From Acidobacteriaceae bacterium (GTDB lineage: Bacteria > Acidobacteriota > Terriglobia > Terriglobales > Acidobacteriaceae), in NCBI GenBank assembly GCA_021323655.1, contig JAJPKO010000043.1, positions 22,337 through 86,336 on the forward strand: a stretch of DNA of 64,000 nucleotides, given 5' to 3'. This document shows positions 38,856 through 49,581 of this stretch, piece after piece; the first letter of the stretch is position 1, and every line of letters begins with the position of its first letter. Under the pieces are notes generated by a model. It searched no databases, was not told where the DNA came from, and was given only the letters and a program-made list of their open reading frames with translations. Position numbers and translations under genes: made by a program.

Positions 38856-39383
38856 GTGGAAATTGGGTTCACTGCGCGGCAAGTGATTAAGTTAACAGGG
38901 GTTCCGTATTCTACCCTCAACCTTTGGGCGAAGAACGGTCTGGTGCAGCCGAGTGTGGCCTCGGGCAGCGGAACGGGGACGGAACGCATTTATAACTTCA
39001 GCGATCTCGTCGCATTGAAGGTCGCGTTTGGATTGAGAAGATCGGGTGTTTCCACATCGGCACTCAAGAAGGTTGTGGAGTTTCTCCGTCACGACGAAAG
39101 CATGAATAAGCCCCTAGCTGAGGCTCGGCTCATCGTGAGCGGACGCGACGTCGCCATGGTGCGCGAGGGAGAACTTGTCAGTGTGCTTTCGAGGCCAGGG
39201 CAGGGTTACCTGAAGTTCGTCGTTGACCTCCCGCAAGTGCTCGGAGACCTGGTGAACGTCGCCGATGCGGCAAGGACATTTGCCCATGGAATCGCATCAG
39301 GCGAACCGATTGCAAAGACAAGCAAGAAAGGGCCGACATCCGTTCTGAGCTCAGCTTCACGCGCAAAAATCAGTAGGCGATAG
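38856..39383 (+). CDS. MerR-family HTH regulator
   Basis: FTARQVIKLTGVPYSTLNLWAKNGLV....RIYNFSDLVALKV is the MerR N-terminal HTH pattern. It is divergent from the Ubl operon. Confidence 0.7.
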   Translation: MEIGFTARQVIKLTGVPYSTLNLWAKNGLVQPSVASGSGTGTERIYNFSDLVALKVAFGLRRSGVSTSALKKVVEFLRHDESMNKPLAEARLIVSGRDVAMVREGELVSVLSRPGQGYLKFVVDLPQVLGDLVNVADAARTFAHGIASGEPIAKTSKKGPTSVLSSASRAKISRR

Positions 39384-39642
39384 GATGGCGGGAACTCCCA
39401 CAAGGTCATGTCCCGCGTCTTGCCGGGCCGTTCACAGCTTGCAGATCATGCGGGGTCGGTTCCGGCGCTTGTATGACGGGCGTGGGTTGGAGCCGCAAAT
39501 TGGACGGACTAACATTTGCTTGACTGTGCCTTAATCGGTGAGGAGACGAGTATCGCAGTCGAGGAGTGGACGCGGGAAGAGTTCCGCAAACGATGGTCGT
39601 TACGCCTTCATTGGGGTGCGGTGCGCAGAACAGGGGTTATGA

Positions 39643-40527
39643 GTGGATCAACTGGAGCAATTGAAAGAGCTGTTATCTGAGCCGAAACAGAGAATCAAAC
39701 TGCACGATTTCATTGCAGATGTTACGAGGAAACTGGTTGCCGACGTCGGCCAGGACAGGCTTCCGGTGCAAGTGTCCTCGGATGGCAATTCATTCATCGT
39801 TCGTCTTCAAGAGTATGAGCATGCCCTTCACACGGTCATTCCGCTCCAAATGCTTCTGGGCCGATGGGGATTGCAGGAACATGTCGATATCGCGGCTCTT
39901 CCATTGCGGAGACTTGCAGGCGGTATTGCGGCTACGGGCGGCAATACTTATTTGATAGAAGCGCGCTGGTATCCGATCTTTTTACTGCTTTACGCGAGCT
40001 CTATCGGCGCTATCTCTGGAAACAACTGCCAGGTTGTTTACAAACTTGCCCACGCTCCCGTGCCCAACCCCTATGGCAGAGAAAATCATGACATTCTCCT
40101 CTCTGCGGCATTTAAGGCAATGGCAGAAATCCAGGATGGATTCAAGCTTTTTCCCGGATTAGACCGCAAATACACCCCGCGAAGCGAACATGTCTACACG
40201 CTGCTTGAACCGTGCGCCGATAAGACCCTCTATCTCGGTCCCGAATATGAAGAACTCTTCGACAGGGTCGAAATCCTGTTGGCCATCGAGTACATGCATA
40301 TCGAACATCCCGAGCCAATTGCCAAGGAGGAGAGTCCCTGGGGCCCGGTCGGAAGGTTTGGGTGGAAGAGATCGTCCCGCAATCCCTTGGACCGATTGAT
40401 CGCTGAAGCTTCTGCCGCCGGGAAGAGTTGGGAACCCGCCCGCGCCGGTCTGTTCGGGAGTTCCAGCGCGAGGTTCGTCGAACTTGCAGAGGGACTTGCT
40501 CGCATGGTGCGTCGTGCTTCCTGGTGA
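39643..40527 (+). CDS. Hypothetical protein (GTG start, no motif recognised)
   Basis: 294 aa ORF, convergent with the TIR gene. Confidence 0.4.
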   Translation: MDQLEQLKELLSEPKQRIKLHDFIADVTRKLVADVGQDRLPVQVSSDGNSFIVRLQEYEHALHTVIPLQMLLGRWGLQEHVDIAALPLRRLAGGIAATGGNTYLIEARWYPIFLLLYASSIGAISGNNCQVVYKLAHAPVPNPYGRENHDILLSAAFKAMAEIQDGFKLFPGLDRKYTPRSEHVYTLLEPCADKTLYLGPEYEELFDRVEILLAIEYMHIEHPEPIAKEESPWGPVGRFGWKRSSRNPLDRLIAEASAAGKSWEPARAGLFGSSSARFVELAEGLARMVRRASW

Positions 40528-40603
40528 GTGGGGACCTGAGGTCCTTCGAATACGGTCAGTCTGGCTGGACCCAGAGAGAGTTCGCCTAAATCCAAGACTC
40601 ACC

Positions 40604-41575
40604 TCATTGAAGTGGTTGGATGAACAAATCCCAAAAGAGCTCTGCCGCGCCCTGCGGCGACAGCTTTTCTTTGTCGCGCCGTCCGTAGGACTGCATACCT
40701 AGCGACTGAAAATAGAGCGTCTGATCGTCGGCTTTTACAGAAACCGCCTCGTTCATTCCGCCGTGTCGTGGATTGTCATCCATGACATATTCAATGCTCT
40801 CAGAACTGAAGCTTCCACCAGCAATGGAGGCCGAACCCTTGCAGACCTTTTGCCCATGCTGGTACAGCGCAGCTGTGAAGTGGGTCGCATCTACCCTCTG
40901 AAAACGTTGATCGATACCTGGATTTCTCTTCACAAGCTCCTGCATCGAGTTTTCAAAGAAACGTGCGATGAATTCAAAGCCGTCGTGCCGGAATCGATCC
41001 CGGTCGAGGTCCGTAAACTCTTTTTTAACGCGGAGATTGCTCGAGCGCTGGCCGCCGAGCGACTCCGAGACATCGTCCATCCACACCGGCTTGGAAAGCA
41101 CTGCGGACGGGGAAAGCGCCAATTTGTGCTCTTCCCCAAGCTCCTTCACTGCCGCCTTTATGGCGCGCTCCACATCGAGGAATGCTTCATCGATGTTTGC
41201 CCAAGTCGTGATCGGCTTGCCGTCGCGTGGGACAGCCAGTAGTTTACCGAAGGGCAGATCGTGCCAGTCGCAAGGCCGAAGAATGATCGGGATCACACGC
41301 GCGTCCCCCTTTTCGTGTCGCTCGATGGCACGCGCCATCTCGCGCTCATAGCAGTAGTCCGAGGCGATGAAGTCTGAACTCACCAGAAGTAGAATTATCT
41401 GCGAGGCATTGAGGTTCCGGTCGATTGCATCCCCGACCGGAGTGCCGGCAGTGATCCGGCGATCGTGCCAAGTCGCGATCAAATCCTGCCGCTTGAGTGT
41501 TGCAAGATGGACTTCCAATTGATTTCGAAGCGTCTCATCCACATGCGAATAGGAAAAAAATAGGTTGGGAGCCAT
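40604..41575 (-). CDS. TIR-domain protein with about 180 aa uncharacterised C-terminal domain
   Basis: LFFSYSHVDETLRNQLEVHL...IILLLVSSDFIASDYCYEREMARAIERH...VIPIILRPCDW is a near-consensus TIR_2 domain with the catalytic-position Glu. Confidence 0.8.
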   Translation of the reverse strand: MAPNLFFSYSHVDETLRNQLEVHLATLKRQDLIATWHDRRITAGTPVGDAIDRNLNASQIILLLVSSDFIASDYCYEREMARAIERHEKGDARVIPIILRPCDWHDLPFGKLLAVPRDGKPITTWANIDEAFLDVERAIKAAVKELGEEHKLALSPSAVLSKPVWMDDVSESLGGQRSSNLRVKKEFTDLDRDRFRHDGFEFIARFFENSMQELVKRNPGIDQRFQRVDATHFTAALYQHGQKVCKGSASIAGGSFSSESIEYVMDDNPRHGGMNEAVSVKADDQTLYFQSLGMQSYGRRDKEKLSPQGAAELFWDLFIQPLQ

Positions 41576-41913
41576 TTTCGTATTTCCACACTTAGGTCGT
41601 ACCTAGATTTTTGATCGTTCCTGACGTTATGCATCAGAATGACTAGTGCTCAGAGATACTCTTGCAGATCGTGTTCTTGCGAAAGGCAGATTTTGATCGG
41701 CTTGGTCATGTTGGGTCCCTTCAAAGGCCGTGTTCTCCGAGCCATATTTCAAGCAGTTGCTATGGCCTCGAGACTTCACAGTCTCTTCCTGCGCGGGTCC
41801 GTTTCTTCTACAGCCAAGGGCCGTGCAAACGTAGTAGTAGTTGGCCACAACTCTCCGCCTGAGTGAGACCAGGTGAGCCCACTCGTTGCGTTCTCCAGCA
41901 ACGATCCGAAACT

Positions 41914-42075
41914 CTACTTGCCAGAGGTCTTGGCTTTGAACTTCACGTGCACCGTTTTCTTTACGGGCTTGCGGGCGTCGAAATCGACGCGCTTGCCGGA
42001 CTTAGTCCGGAATTTGACTTCCACCGGAACATTCACCTTCTTTTGAGCATCAAATTCGACCGTTTTCTTCACCAT
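41914..42075 (-). CDS. Small basic protein with internal repeat (below ORF-track length cutoff)
   Basis: Own translation gives MVKKTVEFDAQKKVNVPVEVKFRTKSGKRVDFDARKPVKKTVHVKFKAKTSGK. A GGAGG SD lies 6 nt upstream. It starts 14 nt after the XRE gene. Confidence 0.35.
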   Translation of the reverse strand: MVKKTVEFDAQKKVNVPVEVKFRTKSGKRVDFDARKPVKKTVHVKFKAKTSGK

Positions 42076-42088
42076 TTTTGCCTCCTCA

Positions 42089-42313
42089 TTAGACCTTCAG
42101 CCTACCTGCCTTTTCGACTCCGCCATCGGTCCGGTCCGTCCGCGTTCGCATGCGATTGATTGTCGCCAGTGCTTCGTCCACCGCTCGCGGCTTCTCTCCC
42201 CGTTCGATCGCGGAATACGATCCTTGGCTGATCCTCATTTTCGCCGCTACTTCCGCCTGCGTTAATCTCTTGTTGAGTCGCAGCTCTCGAACCAAGCCTC
42301 TCTTTGTAGCCAT
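42089..42313 (-). CDS. XRE-family HTH protein
   Basis: LRLNKRLTQAEVAAKMRISQGSYSAIERGEKP is a helix-turn-helix. The start is set at the internal ATG at 42313. Confidence 0.65.
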   Translation of the reverse strand: MATKRGLVRELRLNKRLTQAEVAAKMRISQGSYSAIERGEKPRAVDEALATINRMRTRTDRTDGGVEKAGRLKV

Positions 42314-43051
42314 GCAACCCTCTTTAATACAAACTGATGCTAATTGATGCAGAATAATCCAAGTGATGTCGAGCGTCAAACTTCATTGGTGTTGGCGATT
42401 GACTACGACTATCCTCTAACGGAAGCGATGGGAGTTCGGCGGCCAATGATGCAAGCTCGGTAAACTTTCCGTACTACAAATGAACCGGCTCCGCTATACG
42501 TACAGAGTGCAATCGATCTGTTGCGGACCGAGCCCCGACGAGATATGCCCACAATCTCCTGCCAAGCTCAGAGCCCCGTAGCAGATTGCGCCTCAATCGA
42601 GAGGATGACACGCGAGTCGATTAGCTCGGTAGCTGGCTGGTGCTAGGGCAGCTTGGAGACTGGTTTGCGAACCACTTCCACATACGGGAGGGAAGGATGC
42701 GGTGGAGTTGGTTTGTCGCGAAAGATTTCGGAGGGAAGATAGTGTCTGATCTCTCCGCAGAGCGGACACCGAACCACAATCCAGGAATCCGGCTGGGTGC
42801 GCACCGGCGCCGGGATATTCTCATTACCGGCTGAGGCGCGCTCTCCACCACAAATCCCGGCATCCTCCTCAGCGTGGATGGACGCGAGATCGTGGCTCCA
42901 GAGCATCCACTATTTCCGATGGGAAGGCAGACCGCGTCCAGCAACTGCTCTCCGGTGGTGTGCTTTGGCGAAAAGCAACACTGGATGTTGGCCTCAAATA
43001 GCGTGTGGTGGACGAGCGTCAGTCGTCTTTGCGAACAAGGACGATGATCAG

Positions 43052-43737
43052 ATGGTTTTTGAAAAGCTTCAAGCGCACGTCCTCGAAAAGTATCCAAATC
43101 CCGACAGGATCGGTTGCATCGATCACGAGACCTTGGAGACCTGGGTCTACTCTCCGGAAAAGCTCGATCTCTCGGATCCAAAATACCTTCACGTTCTGAA
43201 ATGCGCCGAGTGCACACGCGAGCTTATCGAACTCCGGAAGCAGCGAGACGCGAATATCGGGCGAGCTGCAATTCCGGCAGTCTCCAAGGAGAGCGAACGG
43301 GCGAGTCGGCGATGGATAGGGGTCGCCGCAGTTCTTTTTTGTTGCTTTGTAGTCGGCAGTCTGGGGTATTGGCAGATCCATTCCCGGATGGTGCCAGCCA
43401 CTCCAGTAGCGCAGACCATCGATTTAAGCCAGGACGGAACGACTCGGGGGGGATATCTCGACCGTTCCGCCGGTATTCCTTCCCCGACGTGTCGTTTACA
43501 GCGCACATTCTATTGCCGTTTTTCAATCCAGGCAGCAGCTACGTTGTCGCTGTCACATGAGACCACTATGTAGGGCCCGCAAAGGCCGCAGGGCAGGCTA
43601 CAGCCAATGTCAACGGCTTCCATGCCGACCTGACGGTGACACTTGACCTTCGTAGTTTGGGCTTAGGAACCTACTTCCTCGCTACAGTCCACGAGAGCGA
43701 TAAAGCCTCGTATTACTACCCTCTGACGGTACGGTGA
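43052..43737 (+). pseudogene. zf-HC2 anti-sigma-like single-pass membrane protein, disrupted by a frameshift at a G7 tract and an in-frame TGA
   Basis: LHVLKCAEC gives the Hx3Cx2C motif and WIGVAAVLFCCFVVGSLGYW is a TM helix. The frame changes at GGGGGGG (43446-43452). A TGA at 43558-43560 is followed in frame by DHYVGPAKAAG...LDLRSLGLGTYFLATVHESDKASYYYPLTVR. Confidence 0.55.
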
Positions 43738-43835
43738 GCGGAATCGGGGCCGGTGAAGCTCAGGGCCTTGATCCACATGTGACAGCGTTCACTTCGCTTG
43801 ACTGTCGTCGTATGCGATCATAAACTTGTTTCAGT

Positions 43836-43915
43836 GGTGACGGAGTTCACCCTTAACCGCTGTCCCCAATAGGCCGGACAGATGATGACTCCTGACAGGG
43901 AATACTGTCACGGAG
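43836..43915 (+). promoter_or_regulatory. Fluoride riboswitch (crcB motif) A plus expression-platform hairpin
   Basis: The sequence is GGTGACGGAGTTCACC CTTAACCG CTGTCC-CCAATAGGCC-GGACAG ATGATGACTCCTGAC. It has P1 GGUGA/UCACC, a loop GGAGU that can pseudoknot with the ACUCC tail, and a P3 hairpin. The tail CTCCTGACAG can instead pair with CTGTCACGGAG, which contains the GGAG SD. Confidence 0.8.
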
Positions 43916-43917
43916 CC

Positions 43918-45662
<1,745 letters not shown>

Positions 45663-45674
45663 CGAATTTGCACG

Positions 45675-45748
45675 CGGTGTTGGAGTCCACCGGAACAGCT
45701 CACACGGGCAAATGACTCCTCGAAGCGCGAAAACTTGGAGGAGTCATG
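45675..45748 (+). promoter_or_regulatory. Fluoride riboswitch (crcB motif) B with SD/start-codon-sequestering hairpin
   Basis: The sequence is CGGTG TTGGAGTC CACCG GAACA GCTC-ACAC-GGGC AAATGACTCCTC. The tail ATGACTCCTC (45712-45721) is perfectly complementary to GAGGAGTCAT (45738-45747), which covers the SD and the AT of the ATG at 45746. Confidence 0.8.
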
Positions 45749-47851
45749 CCCGAAATTGGCCCGGAGGCTACTCAAACTCGGAACCAGGGGGAACTAAACG
45801 AAGCTCAGCAGCGGCGTCTCTACGTCACTTGCTCGTACATCGATAAGCTGCTCGTAGAGATAGAACAGGTACTCCACGAGACGGCTTCGCCGTCCCCTTT
45901 CCCGCGTCACGTCATCGACATCACACCCGCGCAAGCGCGCGTGCTCGAAGATCACATTCGCCGTATTCGCGAACAGCTCTTGCGAACGCTTGACTGGCAA
46001 CAAATGAAGCCCGAATCACCGGAAATTCCGGCTACGCGGTCGGTCCTAACGCATCTCGAGTTCATCGACATTGCGGTTGAGGAACTCAAGCCAAGCTACA
46101 TGCGCGGTTCGGGAACAGTTCCCACAGACGCTGTCGATGAACTGACCGGTGTGGCCCACGAACTCCGATCAGTTGTGCAGAGCATGCAGCGCTATATCCG
46201 CCAGGAGTTTGGAACCAACCTTCAATCCCGCTTGGAATCGCTGGAGCAGACTGGCCATGATGTGGCTCTCCTGCGTGAACTCGAAGAGATCATTACTCGG
46301 CACGGTCTGGTTGAGTTCCGCTCTCGGATTGGTTCTCTCGCTCATCGCCTGGAGGACAACAATCTCGAAGTAGCGCTTTTTGGACGGGTCAGCTGCGGAA
46401 AATCCTCACTCCTGAATGCGCTTCTGGGAACGGCTGTCTTACCGGTGGGTGTCAATCCGATCACAGCCGTCCCAACGAAGTTGCGTTTTGGAAATGCCTT
46501 GCGAGCCGAAGTGACCTTTGGTACCGGCCGCGCGGAGGAGGTTTCCCTTGAGGAATTCGCGCAGCTGATCAGTGAGCAGGGAAACCCCGGAAATGCCCGG
46601 AGCGTTGTCCGCGCGATGGCGGAAGTACCATCGCCACGCCTGAAGAAAGGCATCCTTCTGGTCGATACGCCAGGTCTCGGCTCGCTCGCACGCCGTGGTG
46701 CTGCAGAGACTCTGGCCTATTTGCCGGCCTGCGATCTTGCCTTGGTGCTAATCGATGCCGGTGTGTCACTTAATGATGAAGACATCGGGACACTCCGCTT
46801 GCTTTACGAAGGCGGCATTCCGTCGATTGTGCTCCTCAGCAAGGCCGATCTTTTGCGAGAAGGCGATCTGCACCGGGTTACCGAGTACGTCCATGCGCAA
46901 TTGAAACGCGAACTCGGGATCAATACCCAAATCCATCCTGTCAGTTCCTTGCCGGAGTACTCTCTCCTGCTCGATCAGTTCTTTGAACGTGAGTTGTACC
47001 CGAGATTTGAGCAGGCCCGTAGTCTGCGCGAGGCTTCAGTCGCCAGAAAGATTGGGTCGCTTCGAGATTCCGTGAGTGCGGCTCTTGAGACCTCGCTGAA
47101 CCGCGAGAAGCGAGGGCGAGAGGTTATAAGTGCACTCGATGCTCATGACATAGAAGCACGGCTTCGCCACATCAACGGAGAAATCGGAGAACAGCGAACC
47201 CTGCTCAGTCAGGCGTTTTTTGAGCTTGGCGAACGCCCGGACGTGATCGTGGCAGAGCTTGCCGAGATGGTCACTCTGCGAATTGCTTCAGGCGAAAAGA
47301 GGCACTTCACTCCATTTGAGATATCCGAGTGGACCCACGATACAGTGCAGAGACGAATAGACGAGGCGATTGCAGGGGCCAGGAGCAGGCTGATGAGATC
47401 CATCGAGACATTAACAGAAATCGCCAGGGAAATGTCACGCTCCGACGTGCCTTCGAATGAAGACGCGGAACTACTTTTGCGTGAGGTGCCGCGGTTTGAG
47501 ATTGAAATCATCCCAGTAAAAATTGAGGCCGCCCGCTGGAAGTGGTTAGGAAAACGCATTGTGCGAGCGTTGGTGAAGAGCAACTTGCGGGAATGCCTTG
47601 GACCCTTGCTCAAGGACGAACTGCATCGCTACGAACGTGCGCTCGATCTGTGGACGGAGCAGGCGAGCAGAAAAATGGTAGCTCTTGTGAATTCATATGC
47701 GGACGCTTATCGCGCGCAGCTCAATCGTGTACGGGGGCTATCAGGAGGTGGCGAGACATCACCGGAGCTGGCTCAAGACCTTGCTCGGCTTCTGCGTTGG
47801 AATTCTAGTGAGCGCTCCGACAGCAAAACGCGCCTAGCGATGAACGAATAG
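45746..47851 (+). CDS. Bacterial dynamin-like GTPase
   Basis: G1 is GRVSCGKSSLLNALLG, G3 is LVDTPGLGS and G4 is LLSKADLL. Long helical regions flank the GTPase domain. Confidence 0.75.
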   Translation: MPEIGPEATQTRNQGELNEAQQRRLYVTCSYIDKLLVEIEQVLHETASPSPFPRHVIDITPAQARVLEDHIRRIREQLLRTLDWQQMKPESPEIPATRSVLTHLEFIDIAVEELKPSYMRGSGTVPTDAVDELTGVAHELRSVVQSMQRYIRQEFGTNLQSRLESLEQTGHDVALLRELEEIITRHGLVEFRSRIGSLAHRLEDNNLEVALFGRVSCGKSSLLNALLGTAVLPVGVNPITAVPTKLRFGNALRAEVTFGTGRAEEVSLEEFAQLISEQGNPGNARSVVRAMAEVPSPRLKKGILLVDTPGLGSLARRGAAETLAYLPACDLALVLIDAGVSLNDEDIGTLRLLYEGGIPSIVLLSKADLLREGDLHRVTEYVHAQLKRELGINTQIHPVSSLPEYSLLLDQFFERELYPRFEQARSLREASVARKIGSLRDSVSAALETSLNREKRGREVISALDAHDIEARLRHINGEIGEQRTLLSQAFFELGERPDVIVAELAEMVTLRIASGEKRHFTPFEISEWTHDTVQRRIDEAIAGARSRLMRSIETLTEIAREMSRSDVPSNEDAELLLREVPRFEIEIIPVKIEAARWKWLGKRIVRALVKSNLRECLGPLLKDELHRYERALDLWTEQASRKMVALVNSYADAYRAQLNRVRGLSGGGETSPELAQDLARLLRWNSSERSDSKTRLAMNE

Positions 47852-47863
47852 GGAGACAAGCAC

Positions 47864-48241
47864 TTGGAGAAATATTTCTATATCGCGATTGGAGGTTCGC
47901 TCGGGTCGATCGCCCGATACTGGGTCGGTACAACTGTGTCCGACCGCCTTGGTTCTAAGTTCCCTTATGGAACTTTCATCATCAACATTTCGGCCTGCAT
48001 CATTATCGGATTTGCGATCACGTGTTTGGGAAAGCACGTCGAATTGAATCCCGCATGGCGTTTCTTAATCCCGGTAGGATTCGTGGGCGCATACAGCACG
48101 TTTTCAACCTACGAATGGGAGACGCTATCGTCGATTCGGACAGGTGCATTCGCTCTCGCGGTTCTCTATTCGTTAACGAGCGTGGTTTTGGGAATTCTGG
48201 CCGCATGGGCCGGCGCCATTCTCGCGGAGGTGATCACGTGA
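47864..48241 (+). CDS. crcB: Fluoride ion channel CrcB/FluC
   Basis: IAIGGSLGSIARYWV, YGTFIINISACIIIGF and GFVGAYSTFSTYEWE are canonical CrcB motifs. The protein is 125 aa. Confidence 0.9.
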   Translation: MEKYFYIAIGGSLGSIARYWVGTTVSDRLGSKFPYGTFIINISACIIIGFAITCLGKHVELNPAWRFLIPVGFVGAYSTFSTYEWETLSSIRTGAFALAVLYSLTSVVLGILAAWAGAILAEVIT

Positions 48242-48804
48242 GAGCACATCGCCAAATCGTGCTTCATCAGTCCATCGAGGAACTCTTGCACGAGCCGGGA
48301 TGCCCGTTCTGCCGCTTTCTGAAGGATTTCCAGGCAGTTCATCTGCAGGGAGATTCCGCCAAGGAAATCCGTCGGCTCTGTAACTTTCACGCTTGGGGTG
48401 TGGCGGCGGTACAAGATGCCCAGGCGGCAGCGGACGTCTTCCTGACCCTGGTCAATGATGACGGATCAGTCCCGGGGCAACGGCCGGACTGCGACGTCTG
48501 CCGCAAGGTCATAGAGGAAGAGGATCGGAGAATTCGGGAGTTGGTCACCATGCTGGGAAAGCCTGATGTGGTGAGGTGGCTGCGAATGGAGGCCGTCTTC
48601 TGCATTCCGCACGCCGTCAAACTACGTCAAAAAGTGCCACTGACACTTACGGCGCGAATCGACGTGATCATTCGGAATTATCGTGAACAACTGAAGGACG
48701 AACTGATCCAATTGCGGAATGATCCGAGCCCTGATCGGTCAGGGTGGGGCGCACTTGGACGGGCTGCGGAGTTTTTAGTTGCGCAACGGGGACTCAGGAT
48801 ATAA
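48238..48804 (+). CDS. Cys-rich (CxxC / CxxH x2) protein of unknown function
   Basis: The GTG at 48238 overlaps the crcB stop (GTGA). Motifs are CPFC...CNFH...CDVC...CIPH. The track start at 48022 lies inside crcB. Confidence 0.5.
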   Translation: MRAHRQIVLHQSIEELLHEPGCPFCRFLKDFQAVHLQGDSAKEIRRLCNFHAWGVAAVQDAQAAADVFLTLVNDDGSVPGQRPDCDVCRKVIEEEDRRIRELVTMLGKPDVVRWLRMEAVFCIPHAVKLRQKVPLTLTARIDVIIRNYREQLKDELIQLRNDPSPDRSGWGALGRAAEFLVAQRGLRI

Positions 48805-48813
48805 GGAGGAAGA

Positions 48814-49581
48814 ATGCTGAACGTGGGGAAGGCTCTTAAAGTAGCCATCTACATCAGTGAAGGATCAACTCATCATGGGGTCGCGACATACTCCAGCATT
48901 CTCGATTTTCTATTCTATCGGGGCGTGTCGGGAGCAACGGTGACAAAGGGCATCGCAGGATTCGGCGCTGACCACCATATTCACACTTCGAGATCTGTTG
49001 AAATATCTGATCGTCTTCCATTGAAGATTGAGTTCATCGAGTCGCGTGAAAAGGTGAATGAGTTGCTTGGCAAGCTGGAAGAACTGGTCGGTACCGGAAT
49101 GATCGAGGTACAAGAGACAACGGTAGCCAAACCCGCCCAGAAAACCAAACCGAAAAGTGATACTGCTCCAGCTCACCTAAAGATCGAGGGCAAGGCCAAG
49201 ATGATGCGGATCTACATTGGCGAAGCAGACCGCTGGAGAGACAAACCGCTCCACACGGCCCTTATGGAAGCTATGCGCGCAAACGACATTGCCGGGGTTA
49301 CCGTTTATCGCGGCATCCTCGGGTATGGAGCGCATCGCAGGCTGCACAAGGACCGCGCACTTCATCTTTCCCACGATTGCTCAATCATGCTGTCAGCCAT
49401 TGATACAGAGGAGAAGCTCCAGGCATTTATGCCAATCGTGGAGCAGATGGTAGAGGAGGGCTTGATCGTTCTCTCTAACGTCGACATCATCAAGTACGCC
49501 TATCGTGCCGAAGGGTTAGATCAGCCAGAAGTAGTTCCTTCTTCTTCCCACACACCTGTGCAAGGAGATCAAACGCCATGA
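48814..49581 (+). CDS. Tandem DUF190 (PII-like, crcB-associated) protein
   Basis: There are two repeats of the pattern [LKVAIYISEG...GVSGATVTKGIAGFG] and [MRIYIGEADRW..KPLHTALMEAMRANDIAGVTVYRGILGYG]. Confidence 0.7.
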   Translation: MLNVGKALKVAIYISEGSTHHGVATYSSILDFLFYRGVSGATVTKGIAGFGADHHIHTSRSVEISDRLPLKIEFIESREKVNELLGKLEELVGTGMIEVQETTVAKPAQKTKPKSDTAPAHLKIEGKAKMMRIYIGEADRWRDKPLHTALMEAMRANDIAGVTVYRGILGYGAHRRLHKDRALHLSHDCSIMLSAIDTEEKLQAFMPIVEQMVEEGLIVLSNVDIIKYAYRAEGLDQPEVVPSSSHTPVQGDQTP

